Below are positions 1 to 9,718 of a DNA stretch of 52,911 bases, one piece after another. The DNA is taken from IMG/VR virus record IMGVR_UViG_3300037478_000858, positions 1 through 52,911 of that record, one strand, 5' to 3'. A model generated the notes under the pieces. The model searched no databases. It was not told the origin of the DNA and worked only from the letters and a program-made list of their open reading frames with translations. Every line of letters starts with the position of its first letter. Position 1 is the stretch's first letter. A program made the translations under genes and the position numbers. The DNA is from a virus (lineage: Duplodnaviria > Caudoviricetes).

Positions 1-350
1 CGTAGGTCTCGACGCCGGCGAGCGCGCAGAGTCCCTGGATCTCGGTGGAGCGGTCCTTGGCGAAGTTGCCAGCCGCGCTGATGTAGGCGTTCTGCAGCCC
101 GGGCGAGTAGCGCGTGAGGTAGGCGAGCCCGTGCTGGATGGTAGTCGACTTAACGTGCCGCGGCGGCATGTCGACGACCAGCTGGACGACCTCGCCGCGC
201 TGGATGCGCTCGAAGACGCGACGCAGCGGCTCGACGTGGGCCGGGGATGGCCACTGCGGCGAGACGCGGTCGATGAACGACTCGAGCGACTCGGTGCCGT
301 ACTGGAGCTCCAAGAGGGCGGTGAGCTCGCGCTCCTCGTCGTCGGTGAGG
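1..350. repeat. Imperfect direct repeat of 51802..52151 (terL 5' region)
   Basis: Aligns at offset 51801; differences cluster around the Walker A codons (~140-195). Confidence 0.95.
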
Positions 351-364
351 GGTTCCTCAGCCAC
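1..364 (-). CDS. terL: Terminase large subunit, 5' part (allele A, truncated by window edge)
   Basis: Translates MAEEPLTDDEERELTALLELQYGTESLESFIDRVSPQW...VDMPPRHVKSTTIQHG, nearly the same as the TerL N-terminus at 50705..52171. Confidence 0.9.
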   Translation of the reverse strand, partial: MAEEPLTDDEERELTALLELQYGTESLESFIDRVSPQWPSPAHVEPLRRVFERIQRGEVVQLVVDMPPRHVKSTTIQHGLAYLTRYSPGLQNAYISAAGNFAKDRSTEIQGLCALAGVETY

Positions 365-1256
365 CACCGAGCCAGATCCAAACGCCGGGCGCGTTCTCGA
401 CCAGCTCGCCGCTCCCACGGAGCTGCCGAATCTCGCCGTTCAGCGACGCCGCTATGATGTTCCGAAGGCCCTGTCCGCCTATGAAACCACGAAACCGAGA
501 TCGAGCCAGCTTGACCAAGTAGCCTCCGAGCTCCTCGGGCATCGCCCCACCGAACGTGATGCCAACCTCGTGAGGCCCTATGGCCATGACATCGACGCAG
601 TGAGGCTCTCGCCGGCCAGATGTCGGACCCATCCAGGTCGAGAATCTCTGGAGGCCGACGGCGGTCACCTCGCGCCTCGCTCGCCTCGCACGGTCGGTGA
701 GGAGCTCGTCGGCCCGCTCCGCACACGCGCGGAGTAGCGCAGCCAGCGCACGCTCGAGCATGCCCATCTCGGTACTCGTTCGTCTACATGACGCGGTGTC
801 GCGTTGCGTCCTGTTGTCGGCAGCCGGTGTTGCTCGTGGTGGCGGCCGCCGCGGATCGGCCGGCAACGCCGCAGATCGGACATCCGCGGCGGCCGCGGCT
901 TCTCGGGGCGCTGGATGTAGCGGCACAGTCAGTGCTCCAGCGCGGTGATCGAACGACTCTCGCGGATCCCACCACTGCGGGATATGCACACCGTCAAGAA
1001 CCCGATCTAACTCCAGCCCGAGCAGTCCCGAGGAGGGGCCGAGCCGAGCGGCTGCGGTCGCGATTGTATTAGTCCGGCGCGCGAGGTGGCGTCGTTGCTC
1101 AGCTGCCAACCGCTTCGATCGCGCGCGGCGGCCAGCCTCCCTTGCGCACTCTGGACAGATCAGGTCGCCCCGACTGTTTGGCCGACGGACCACGCCGTGA
1201 GCCTGGGGGCAGGGCCTATCCGCGGCTGCGTGGGCGGTTACGTATTCAGCCTTCAC
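357..1256 (-). CDS. Hypothetical protein (299 aa) between terS and terL allele A; N-terminal CPxxH...CxxC zinc-binding-like motif
   Basis: ORF overlaps both neighbours; motif CPQAH...RGDLICPEC. Confidence 0.55.
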   Translation of the reverse strand: MKAEYVTAHAAADRPCPQAHGVVRRPNSRGDLICPECAREAGRRARSKRLAAEQRRHLARRTNTIATAAARLGPSSGLLGLELDRVLDGVHIPQWWDPRESFDHRAGALTVPLHPAPREAAAAADVRSAALPADPRRPPPRATPAADNRTQRDTASCRRTSTEMGMLERALAALLRACAERADELLTDRARRARREVTAVGLQRFSTWMGPTSGRREPHCVDVMAIGPHEVGITFGGAMPEELGGYLVKLARSRFRGFIGGQGLRNIIAASLNGEIRQLRGSGELVENAPGVWIWLGGG

Positions 1257-1623
1257 CCTCAGCGCCCTCTCGCTTCGCCTGCAGCTCCTCGATCCGCTTC
1301 GCCCTCTGCGCCGGCGTCAACGCCAGCACTCGCGCGAGCAGGTCCTCGCCGGCGTTGAGCGTCATCGACGCGTGTGCCTTGCCCCACCCGCGGTCGAGCA
1401 ACTCCTTCGCCGCGACCAGCCTGTCCGCCGCGCGCTGCTTGTCGTCGGCCAGGATGCCCGACAGGAAGGCGACGACATCGCCAGGGTCGACCAGCTCGCG
1501 GACGCGTTCGGCCAGCGACAAACCTCGCTTGGGTCTGCCGTTCGGGTTCCCGCTCTTCCCCGGAGCGAACCTGCCATCGTCCCGTCTGTTTGAATCCTGC
1601 TTTGCAGGTTTCCTCGGTTTCAT
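1246..1623 (-). CDS. terS: Terminase small subunit-like protein (DUF5681-type), allele A
   Basis: GRFAPGKSGNPNGRPK motif and AAKELLDRGWGK; position upstream of terL. Confidence 0.75.
   Translation of the reverse strand: MKPRKPAKQDSNRRDDGRFAPGKSGNPNGRPKRGLSLAERVRELVDPGDVVAFLSGILADDKQRAADRLVAAKELLDRGWGKAHASMTLNAGEDLLARVLALTPAQRAKRIEELQAKREGAEGEG
1267..1509. repeat. Imperfect direct repeat of 52660..52911 (terS 3' region)
   Basis: Near-identical; about 4 substitutions and a 9-bp CTGCAGCTC duplication in the right copy. Confidence 0.95.
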
Positions 1624-1889
1624 CCCCACTCTTCTCTCCCTGCGTAGAACACGGACTTGAGGAGCAACTGCACCGCCCTCGCACTGCCGGGCTCCGTGCG
1701 GATGTACCCCGCACGCTCGAGCGCGCGGAGGTGGCGCTCGAGCGCGACGGCCGAGCGCATCTCGAGCCCCTCGAGCATCTCGGCGCGCGTCGGCGCCCAC
1801 CCTTTGCGCGAGCTGAACTCGACGATGAACCGCAGCACGTCGCGCTGCCGTGACGTGAGCGTCGCGTCACCGTCTTTACGGGCCGCCAC
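1620..1889 (-). CDS. Stand-alone LexA-type winged-helix DNA-binding protein (no peptidase domain)
   Basis: LTSRQRDVLRFI...GWAPTRAEMLEGLEMRSAVALERHLRALERAGYIRTEPGSARAVQLL resembles the LexA N-terminal domain; only 89 aa. Confidence 0.8.
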   Translation of the reverse strand: MAARKDGDATLTSRQRDVLRFIVEFSSRKGWAPTRAEMLEGLEMRSAVALERHLRALERAGYIRTEPGSARAVQLLLKSVFYAGREEWG

Positions 1890-3391
1890 GGTTCCTTCCT
1901 GCCCACTCCTCGGCCGCGGCGGCGACGATCCCGTACGCGTCCTCTACCTCCTCCAGGTGCTTGGCCATGCGGGCCCGCGAGTGCAGGTCTGAAAGCGTGA
2001 GCTCGCGGATCCAGGTCGCCGTGGCTCGGCGGTGGTGCGCGCCTCGTGCGTTCGCTACGGCCTTGGCCACAGCCGCCTTGGCCGCAGCCACCTCCTGCCC
2101 CTGGAGCCGAGCCCGCTCCGCGCGGTCACGGTCGCCGCCCCGCCGGTCATCGGCGTAGAACACCACACCGCCGAGCCACACGATCGATTGAGCACCTTCG
2201 GCGACGCCGGAGTGCATCCCCATGTGACCGAGCTCGAGGTTGCATTGCTCGCCGCGCTCGGTCTTGCTGTCGCATCGACGCCTCACGCGACTCTCTCCAC
2301 GACCAGCCCCTGGTTCGTCGCCGCGGTGCGCACGCGCATGCCGGCGCGCTTGGCCATCTGGTAGCACGAGCTGCGCTTCATCTGATCGCACCACGGCTCG
2401 GGCAGCACGAACGAGTCGCCGACCTCGCACGAACGGAGCGTGCCGGTGAAGTCGAGGCGGAGCTGCAGGCTACGCCGCATCCGGGCCGCCCTTCCGGCGC
2501 CGCAGCGCTTCGGCCCGAGAGATCGACACCGGACTCGTCATCTCCTCGACGACGTCGGCCGTGAAGGCCAGCGCCTTGTCGAGGTCGGACAGGCGGTCGA
2601 CACGGTCGGCGAGCTCGGCCGCCTCGCCGTGGATGACGTGCCCCGCGGCCAGCCGCGACATCAGTCGTCGTCCTTCTCGAGCTTGCTCTTGAGCTTCTTG
2701 CTCTCGACGAGTCTGGTCACGCACCGGCGGACCTCCTCGCCGTACTCGATGTCGCAGCTGATGGCGTCAACCTCCTCAGCCTCCATGGTCTCGATCAGGC
2801 GCTCGCGCACGGCCTTGGCGCGCTCCTGCGCTTCCTTCGCCTGGTACTTCGCCGTGGCGTACTCCTCGTGCAGCTCGCGGAGCTCGGCGCTGCCGACCTC
2901 CGTGCCCGGGATGGCGGTTTGCGACGACCGACGAATCGGGGTGGGTGGTGTGGTTTGGGCTTCCATTGCTCAGGTTCCTCCGACCTCGGCGCGCGCCTTC
3001 GCCGCGCACTCGGTCCACAGGGTTTGATCCAGGGCGCCGCCTATCGGCGCCGCGGCCTTGTACAACTCCGCCGTGCGGCGGAAGATGGCGCTCTCGAGGG
3101 CGCTGTCGAACTTCGCCGGCCCGACGGCGCCGGGGTCGCGGGCGTCGTCGTGCTTCATGGGCAGGCCTCCACCGCCATCCGCCGTTCGCGGCGCCGCAGG
3201 GCTCGCACCACCTTGGCGTCGAAGAGTCGGCCGGACGTCCACAGCGAGATGACGACCCGTTCGCCGTCGAACCACCAGGCCAAGCGCCCGATGAGCCCCC
3301 TGGAGATGTCCGGCGGTGGTACCGGCGCAGCCGGCTCGAGCCAGTCGTCGGGGCCATCGTCGTCGTACCGAATCCCCGCTCCGTTGCTCAC
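1876..3391 (-). other. Run of small translationally coupled hypothetical genes (approx. 1876-2286, 2283-2480, 2470-2661, 2661-2966, 2970-3158, 3155-3391)
   Basis: Tiled minus-strand ORFs with overlapping start/stop codons, typical of a phage nin-like region; boundaries approximate. Confidence 0.55.
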
Positions 3392-3678
3392 GCTGGTGCC
3401 TCGATAGCCGCCAGCGCTTCCCCGATCGACGACACGAAGAACGTCGCCTCGGGCGCACACTCGTTGGCCTCGATCTGCGACGGCTTGATCCGGTTCTTGC
3501 GGCTCGAGTTGTTCTCGGGGTTCTTGACCTCGAGGAGCACGAAGCGCCGCTGCCATGGCACCCACACGAGGAGGTCCATCGGCTGGTCGAGTCGCCAGAC
3601 GAATGCGCCGGCCTTGCGCAGGGCATCGACGATCGGCTTCTCGTTGGCATCGCGCTGGGCGAAGCGGGGCATCGGCAT
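3388..3678 (-). CDS. VRR-NUC-like / Holliday-junction resolvase-like PD-(D/E)XK nuclease
   Basis: RDANEKPIVDALRKAGAFV...PMDLLVW...LLEVKNP pattern. Confidence 0.7.
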   Translation of the reverse strand: MPMPRFAQRDANEKPIVDALRKAGAFVWRLDQPMDLLVWVPWQRRFVLLEVKNPENNSSRKNRIKPSQIEANECAPEATFFVSSIGEALAAIEAPA

Positions 3679-3918
3679 CAGTCAGCTCCTTCGGTTGTTC
3701 CACGTGGCACGCGCGGGTCGCGGCCGAGCAGCACGGTGGCGATCGCTCGACACCCCGGGCAGCTCACGAGCTTCGGCTTGCCGGCGAAGTCGCCGGCGTC
3801 GAGATCACCGCACAGCGCGCGGGGCAGCACGGCGTCGGCGGGCGTGTACGAGAGGTGCTTCATCGCACGAGCCCCCACGCGAGGCGGACCCAGAGCACGG
3901 CCCATGCGATCGCCAGCG

Positions 3919-4437
3919 TCACTGCGCACCTCCGAGCCGGGTTCCGGCGATCACCGCGGCGACGTTGGCGTCCCGCAGTTCACCAAGCGCTCGGGTGAGC
4001 TCCCGGACCTGGCGGCGCAGCTCGTCGGCGGCGGCCTTGGTGTCGCGCAGGCGGCGCCGCAGCTTCTTCGCGTCGCGGTCCTCCGTGTTCAGCCGCTCAA
4101 CGTCGGCCTCAAGCCGTCGGACCCCGCGGGCGAGCTCGCCGACCCGCTGGTCGCTCGATGCGAGAGCAGACCTGGCGCCGCGGAGCTCGTGTTCGACCTC
4201 GGCCTTCTCAGCCTGGGCGCGATTGCGTTCGAGTCGGAGGTCGGCGATGAGCTGGTCCAGTCCCTCGACGACGCCGCGCAGTCGGGTGTTCTCGTTGAGG
4301 AGCTCGGCGGTCGCCGCGGTGTGCGCGCGCCGCTCGGCGGCGAGGCTTTCCTCGATCCGTCGATCGACCTCGGCATCAACGCGGCGCTCGACGACCCTGC
4401 GAAGGTGCGCGACGACCCTGCGAAGGTGCGCGTTCAC
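3919..4437 (-). CDS. Coiled-coil hypothetical protein
   Basis: Heptad-rich Glu/Arg/Leu sequence; N-terminal AHLRRVV duplicated. Confidence 0.6.
   Translation of the reverse strand: MNAHLRRVVAHLRRVVERRVDAEVDRRIEESLAAERRAHTAATAELLNENTRLRGVVEGLDQLIADLRLERNRAQAEKAEVEHELRGARSALASSDQRVGELARGVRRLEADVERLNTEDRDAKKLRRRLRDTKAAADELRRQVRELTRALGELRDANVAAVIAGTRLGGAQ
4389..4430. repeat. 21-bp tandem duplication (2 copies), in frame
   Basis: CGACGACCCTGCGAAGGTGCG x2. Confidence 0.9.
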
Positions 4438-4766
4438 CGCGACCCCTCCTTGGCGCTCAACCTGGCGAGGCGGGCGCGGATGTTCTTCTCGTCGCGCTTC
4501 AGTCGCTCCACCTCGTCGTGTAGCCGCTGCAGCTTCTCGCCCAGCATCTTCCGACGAGACACCAGGTTGCGCTCATTCGTGGCGTACTCCAGGAGCACGT
4601 TGAAGGCGTCGAGCACTCGCCCGCAACTGCGGCACGTGACCTCGCGTTTCTCTTCGTCCACCTGCACGGCGCGGTGCGCACACCACGGCTTCTCGACTGT
4701 GGACAGCGAGCCCGTGATGATCGCGTCTGCGCGCTCGTCCTGCCAGATCAGCTTGCCGTCGCTCAC
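4434..4766 (-). CDS. Hypothetical Zn-ribbon/coiled-coil protein
   Basis: CAH...VTCRSCG followed by coiled coil; GTG start overlapping upstream stop. Confidence 0.55.
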   Translation of the reverse strand: MSDGKLIWQDERADAIITGSLSTVEKPWCAHRAVQVDEEKREVTCRSCGRVLDAFNVLLEYATNERNLVSRRKMLGEKLQRLHDEVERLKRDEKNIRARLARLSAKEGSR

Positions 4767-5008
4767 CGAGCCTCCAGCACCACGGCCACCACGACCATGG
4801 CGACGATCACCACCGCGGCGACCCATGCGAACGCCCGACCAAACGACGCGAGTCGATCACCGCCGCGGCCGAGCAGCGCGTCCTCAGTCGCCCTCGAGAT
4901 GCGCTCCGCCGGCGGCGTCACCGGCAGCTCGACGTGGACCTCGCCAAGCGGCACGACGGCCCCGCGGCCGTTGCGCTCGACGATTCGATATCCGGCGACA
5001 GTCCCCAT
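4763..5008 (-). CDS. Small membrane protein
   Basis: C-terminal hydrophobic stretch AWVAAVVIVAMVVVAVVL; RBS-like GGGGGA before ATG. Confidence 0.5.
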   Translation of the reverse strand: MGTVAGYRIVERNGRGAVVPLGEVHVELPVTPPAERISRATEDALLGRGGDRLASFGRAFAWVAAVVIVAMVVVAVVLEAR

Positions 5009-5018
5009 GAGATCCCCC

Positions 5019-6367
5019 CTACTCGATGCGGCAGCGCGCCTTGTCGAACTGCAGGTCGACACAGGCGCGGCCGAGGCCCTGGTGGTTCTTCAAAACCTCG
5101 AGCCGCAGATGCTCGGTGCAGCCGGCGTCGAGATCACCGCCGCCGACTTGCGGCGCGTGGTCGATCTCGCGCTCGGGCGGCACCGGCGGCACCCACAGCG
5201 CCATGATTAGCTTTCCCTCCTGCTCGATGGCTCCGCTCTCGCGCAGGTCGGACAGCCGCGGTCGCCGCGGCTTCTCGGAGCGCTCGATGTCGCGGTTGAG
5301 CTGACTGAGGACGAGCACCGCGAGGTTGTCCTGGTAGGCCAGCTCGGCGAAGGCGTGCATGGCGTCTTCGATCTCCTGGTCGCGGCGCTGTCGCCGGCCG
5401 CCGCCCCGCCGATCTGCGGCGACGAGCTGCAGGTAGTCCACGACGACGAGGGCGGTCCCGATGCGGCGGCGCATCGCGCGAGCCCGACGCACCGCCCTCA
5501 TCGCCGTCCAGCCATGGGCGTGGTCGATGGCCAGGTTGTCGCGGCCGGCGAGGCGGTTGGTCGCCTCGCCGAGCTCGGCCAGCTGGAAGCGGTCGAGCTC
5601 GCGCGCACGGATGCTGGCGATGTCGACTCCGCTGTGGCGACCAAGCATCCGCTGGGCCCACCCGCTGCGGCGGTCCTCCCACGTGAGAACGTGGACCCCA
5701 TGGCCAGCGGCGCTGGCGTGATCGGCGATCGCCAGGGCGACAGAGCTCTTGCCGACCGAGGGCCTCGCCGCGAGCACCGACGGGATGCCGACAGGGATCC
5801 CGCGGGTCGCGCGGTCGAGGCGATCGATGCCGGTCGGTACGCCGACGTGGCGTCCGTGGCCGTCGTCGTGGTCGAGGGCGTCGCGGTACTCGGCGGCGAC
5901 CGCGGCGCCCATCGTCGGGTCTTCGTGGGACCGGCCGGTGTCGATCTCGCCGGCCTTGCGCAACAGATCCGAGAGCAGCTCCTCGCCCTCCTCATGGCCC
6001 TGGTAGGCTCGCTGGCGGAGCTCGGCGGTTAGGAGCACCAGCTCTCGGCGCACGCGGCGCTCGTGCAGGATGTCGGCGTAGTGCTCGACGTTCTCCGCGG
6101 TCCCGCCGGCGGTGAGTATTTCGCCGAGGAATGGCTCGCCGCCAACGGCCTCGAGCTTCCCGACGCGCTCGAGAGCGGCGGTCACGGTGAGGTCGTCCAC
6201 CACGATGCCGTCGCGATGGAGCCCGGCCATCGCTGACCAGACGGCGCGGTGGCGCGGGTCGAAGAAGCAGGCCTCGCCCACCTCGAGCCAGCCGAGGATG
6301 TCGGGGCGCACGAATGCAGCGCACAGGACGGCGCGCTCGGCGTTGGGGTCGTTGGGTAGCGTTTGGG

Positions 6368-6371
<4 letters not shown>
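5019..6371 (-). CDS. dnaB: Replicative DNA helicase, DnaB-like
   Basis: N-terminal PNDPNAERAVL; Walker A AARPSVGKS; VVVDYLQL; LSQLNR; RPRLSDLRESGAIEQ. Confidence 0.95.
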
Positions 6372-7200
<829 letters not shown>

Positions 7201-7204
<4 letters not shown>

Positions 7205-7890
7205 GGTCGCCCCTCTTGCTCACGCGCCCTTCGAGCAGCCAGCACCGCCTGCTCATCGTCCGAAGACAGAAGCAGGGCGACTGCCTCTCGGGCACAGCTG
7301 TCTGGGTCTCTCCAGATCTCCGACCCGGTGAATCGAACTGTCGAGATGCCAGCAGCGAGAATATGTCGGTCACGCTGTTTGTCGTGACGGGCTTGCTCTT
7401 TCGTCTTCTCGTGGAAGTCGTGCCCGTCGCACTCGATAGCGAGGACGTTCGGCTGCGGAACGCCGCCGCGACAGACGAGCAAGTCGACACTGTATTTGCC
7501 GATTCGGGCCTGCGGGAAGATGTCGATCGTTCCGTTGCCTGGGAATTCAGAGTCCCAGAACGGAACCATGTCCTCGTAGGTGCCGTAGTCGCCGTCGCCG
7601 CCGACTGCGAACGCACCTCCCCACTCCAGCATCCGATAGCCCCTGCGGGTGATCCACCGGAGGGTCTCTCCGAATATGGCTGGACGGCTGAACAAGTGCG
7701 ACGAGACGCCAATCCCAAGGTTGCGATCGGCAGCCAGCGCTATGAGAGATCGGTGGAGGGCGGCCTCTATGGGCGATCCCGAGACGTGGCCGATCCGCCA
7801 GAGACAAAAGTTCGCCGTCTCAGCTGCCGCCCTCATCTTCATCTCGACCAGCCGCCCTTCGACGTCTTTCCAGAGGGGGCCGTCGCTCAT
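7201..7890 (-). CDS. DUF559/Vsr-like endonuclease
   Basis: PQARIGKYSVDLL...LAIECDGHDFHEKTKEQARHDKQRDR...GISTVRFTGSEI. Confidence 0.85.
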
Positions 7891-8363
7891 CGCCCCTCGC
7901 TCCTCTTCGTTCGCATCGGCGCCCGTCGCAGCCGCTTACTCCGCGCCCGCGAAAGCACGCGATGGCGAAGGCCGTCGTAGACCTTGCCGAGGTGTTCGCG
8001 ACCGATCTCGTCCCACGCCTCGGCGAGCTCGGCCGGGTTGAGGTCGTCGCCGAGCGCGGCGTGCGCCACCAGGTCGAGCAACGCGCTGTCGGCGAGGGCG
8101 TTCTCGACCGCGAGCAAGATCAGCAGGTCGCGAGCCGACAGCGCACAGCCGCTCTTGAGTCGCTGCTCGGTCACCGAGTGAAGCGCCCGCGCGAGCCAGC
8201 TCTCGGACCGACCGAGGATCTCCGCGGCGCGTGACCGGGTGAGACGGTTGACCAGGGCGCGGGCGGTGGCGACCATCCGCTCGTCAAGGTCATCGATCGC
8301 TGCCTGGTCAGGACCTTGGCCGACTGCTGGGTCGGCACAAACGTGAAGCGGTTGCGAGCTCAC
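7887..8363 (-). CDS. HTH protein in CII-like position
   Basis: RSRAAEILGRSESWLARAL helix-turn-helix pattern; downstream of the Cro-like gene; start uncertain. Confidence 0.5.
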   Translation of the reverse strand: MSSQPLHVCADPAVGQGPDQAAIDDLDERMVATARALVNRLTRSRAAEILGRSESWLARALHSVTEQRLKSGCALSARDLLILLAVENALADSALLDLVAHAALGDDLNPAELAEAWDEIGREHLGKVYDGLRHRVLSRARSKRLRRAPMRTKRSEGR

Positions 8364-8482
8364 CGAAAACCCCCGAATCCTCTGTTCAGCGGTTCATTCG
8401 GTGCTTTTCGCCTCTCGCCTCGGGCAAAAAAAGAGGCGTGGATGCGCACACTTCTGAGGCCACGTGCCGGTAGGCTCCTCGG

Positions 8483-8824
8483 ATGGAGCTGAGTTGGAAG
8501 GAGGCCCTGGTCATCGTGGTCGCAGCGACAGGACTGATCGGCTACGGGGTGTGGAGCTGCAGCCGAGGCAACAGCGGAGACACCGTCGGCGTGAGGCCAG
8601 AGGCCCCGGTGAACGCGCCGGGGTGCCTCCGCGCCGCTGCCGAGGTCATCAGCGCGGGCCGCGAGTGCGGGCTCAACATGTCCAGGTACAGCCCGACGAA
8701 GATCTGCCGGTCCTACATCGAGGTGGAGAAGTTCACCGACGAGCGCGCCGTGGAGCGCCTGAGGCTGATCATGGACCAGGACTGCTCTGGGCTCCGGGCG
8801 GCCGTGGACGGCGACCGCATCTAG
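8483..8824 (+). CDS. Membrane-anchored Cys-containing exported protein (moron, antisense to early operon)
   Basis: N-terminal hydrophobic helix ALVIVVAATGLIGYGVW, 5 Cys; TAGGCT -10-like hexamer at 8471, 6 nt before ATG. Confidence 0.65.
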   Translation: MELSWKEALVIVVAATGLIGYGVWSCSRGNSGDTVGVRPEAPVNAPGCLRAAAEVISAGRECGLNMSRYSPTKICRSYIEVEKFTDERAVERLRLIMDQDCSGLRAAVDGDRI

Positions 8825-8835
8825 CCGACCGAGCA

Positions 8836-9066
8836 CTAGCCGGCCTCGGCGGCGACGTCGAAGAACAGCGTAACGAGATCAACCCCCAGTGTTCCAGCAA
8901 TGCTAGGCCACAGGTTGGACCTGGGCGCGTAGGTCCCGCTCTCCCATGCCGAGACAGCCGGCTGTCCGACTCCAATCTCGCTGGCGAAGTCCTCCTGGCG
9001 GAACCCGGCAGCTACACGCGCCGCCCGCAAGCGCTCGCCGAGCGTGATCTTGTCGACCGGTTTCAC
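8836..9066 (-). CDS. Cro-like XRE HTH regulator
   Basis: LGERLRAARVAAGFRQEDFASEIGVGQPAVSAWESG; first gene of the leftward replication operon. Confidence 0.85.
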   Translation of the reverse strand: MKPVDKITLGERLRAARVAAGFRQEDFASEIGVGQPAVSAWESGTYAPRSNLWPSIAGTLGVDLVTLFFDVAAEAG

Positions 9067-9074
9067 AGGGTCAA

Positions 9075-9121
9075 ATCAGCACACTTGATGAATCAGGTCA
9101 AGTGATATCAGACTCACTGGT
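9075..9121. promoter_or_regulatory. Three tandem 15-bp operators (ATCAG-N5-NTGRT) between divergent HTH genes
   Basis: ATCAGCACACTTGAT (9075), ATCAGGTCAAGTGAT (9092), ATCAGACTCACTGGT (9107). Confidence 0.75.
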
Positions 9122-9126
9122 CGAGG

Positions 9127-9498
9127 TTGACGCGATATCAAGAACCTGTGCCACCCCTTGCCGACGTCGCAGAGCTGGGAACGATGGATGACTGGCCGGT
9201 CCTCTACACCGACGCGGAGTGGAGAAAGGCGTGCAGGGCGCGCATGGCCGAGCTCGGCGTTGGGCAGGGGACGCTCTCAGTACACCTGACCGGGACGGAC
9301 ACAAGGCAATCCACGATTTCAACGGTGCTTGGCGAGAAGGATCCGCCGCCTCGATCTAGCTATGTGTTGCCGCTGTCGGTGGCGCTGGGGGTGGAGCTGC
9401 CGCCGATGGCGCAGCTTGAAAGGATCTATCTCCAGAGGCCCGACCGCCGGTTCTTCGAAGCCATCCTGCAACTCATCAAGATTTCAGGCGTCCCGTAG
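9127..9498 (+). CDS. CI-like HTH repressor candidate (true start may be ATG 9184); no S24 peptidase domain
   Basis: RARMAELGVGQGTLSVHL...RQSTISTVL XRE-like pattern; divergent from the Cro-like gene and flanked by operators on both sides. Confidence 0.6.
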   Translation: MTRYQEPVPPLADVAELGTMDDWPVLYTDAEWRKACRARMAELGVGQGTLSVHLTGTDTRQSTISTVLGEKDPPPRSSYVLPLSVALGVELPPMAQLERIYLQRPDRRFFEAILQLIKISGVP

Positions 9499-9658
9499 AA
9501 ATCTGAATCGGCACCGTCAAAAGCGAAGCGTCGATACCTCGTGTCGACATGCGCTTCGCCGAACTCCTTAGCCACCTATCTCGCCAGTCGCCCTCGGAGC
9601 AGCGGCACTTTCTTCTGCGAGTCCACGCGCTCGCCAAGCTCTGGGACTTCGATAGAAA

Positions 9659-9718
9659 ATCAGTCGAACTGATTTTAGGGCTTGACCGCGGCGCCGGTTA
9701 TCAGTACGACTGATAACC
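9659..9718 (+). promoter_or_regulatory. Rightward promoter TTGACC-N17-TACGAC with two palindromic operators
   Basis: ATCAGTCGAACTGAT (9659-9673); GGTTATCAGT-ACG-ACTGATAACC (9696-9718); -35 at 9682, -10 at 9705, ATG at 9719. Confidence 0.8.

Noticed and set aside
1-350. Diversity-generating retroelement TR/VR pair (terL copies)
   Set aside because: Differences are not adenine-specific and no reverse transcriptase is present.
8374-8400. Possible SOS box around CTGTTCAGC
   Set aside because: Only a partial half-site resemblance; the host and its LexA consensus are unknown.
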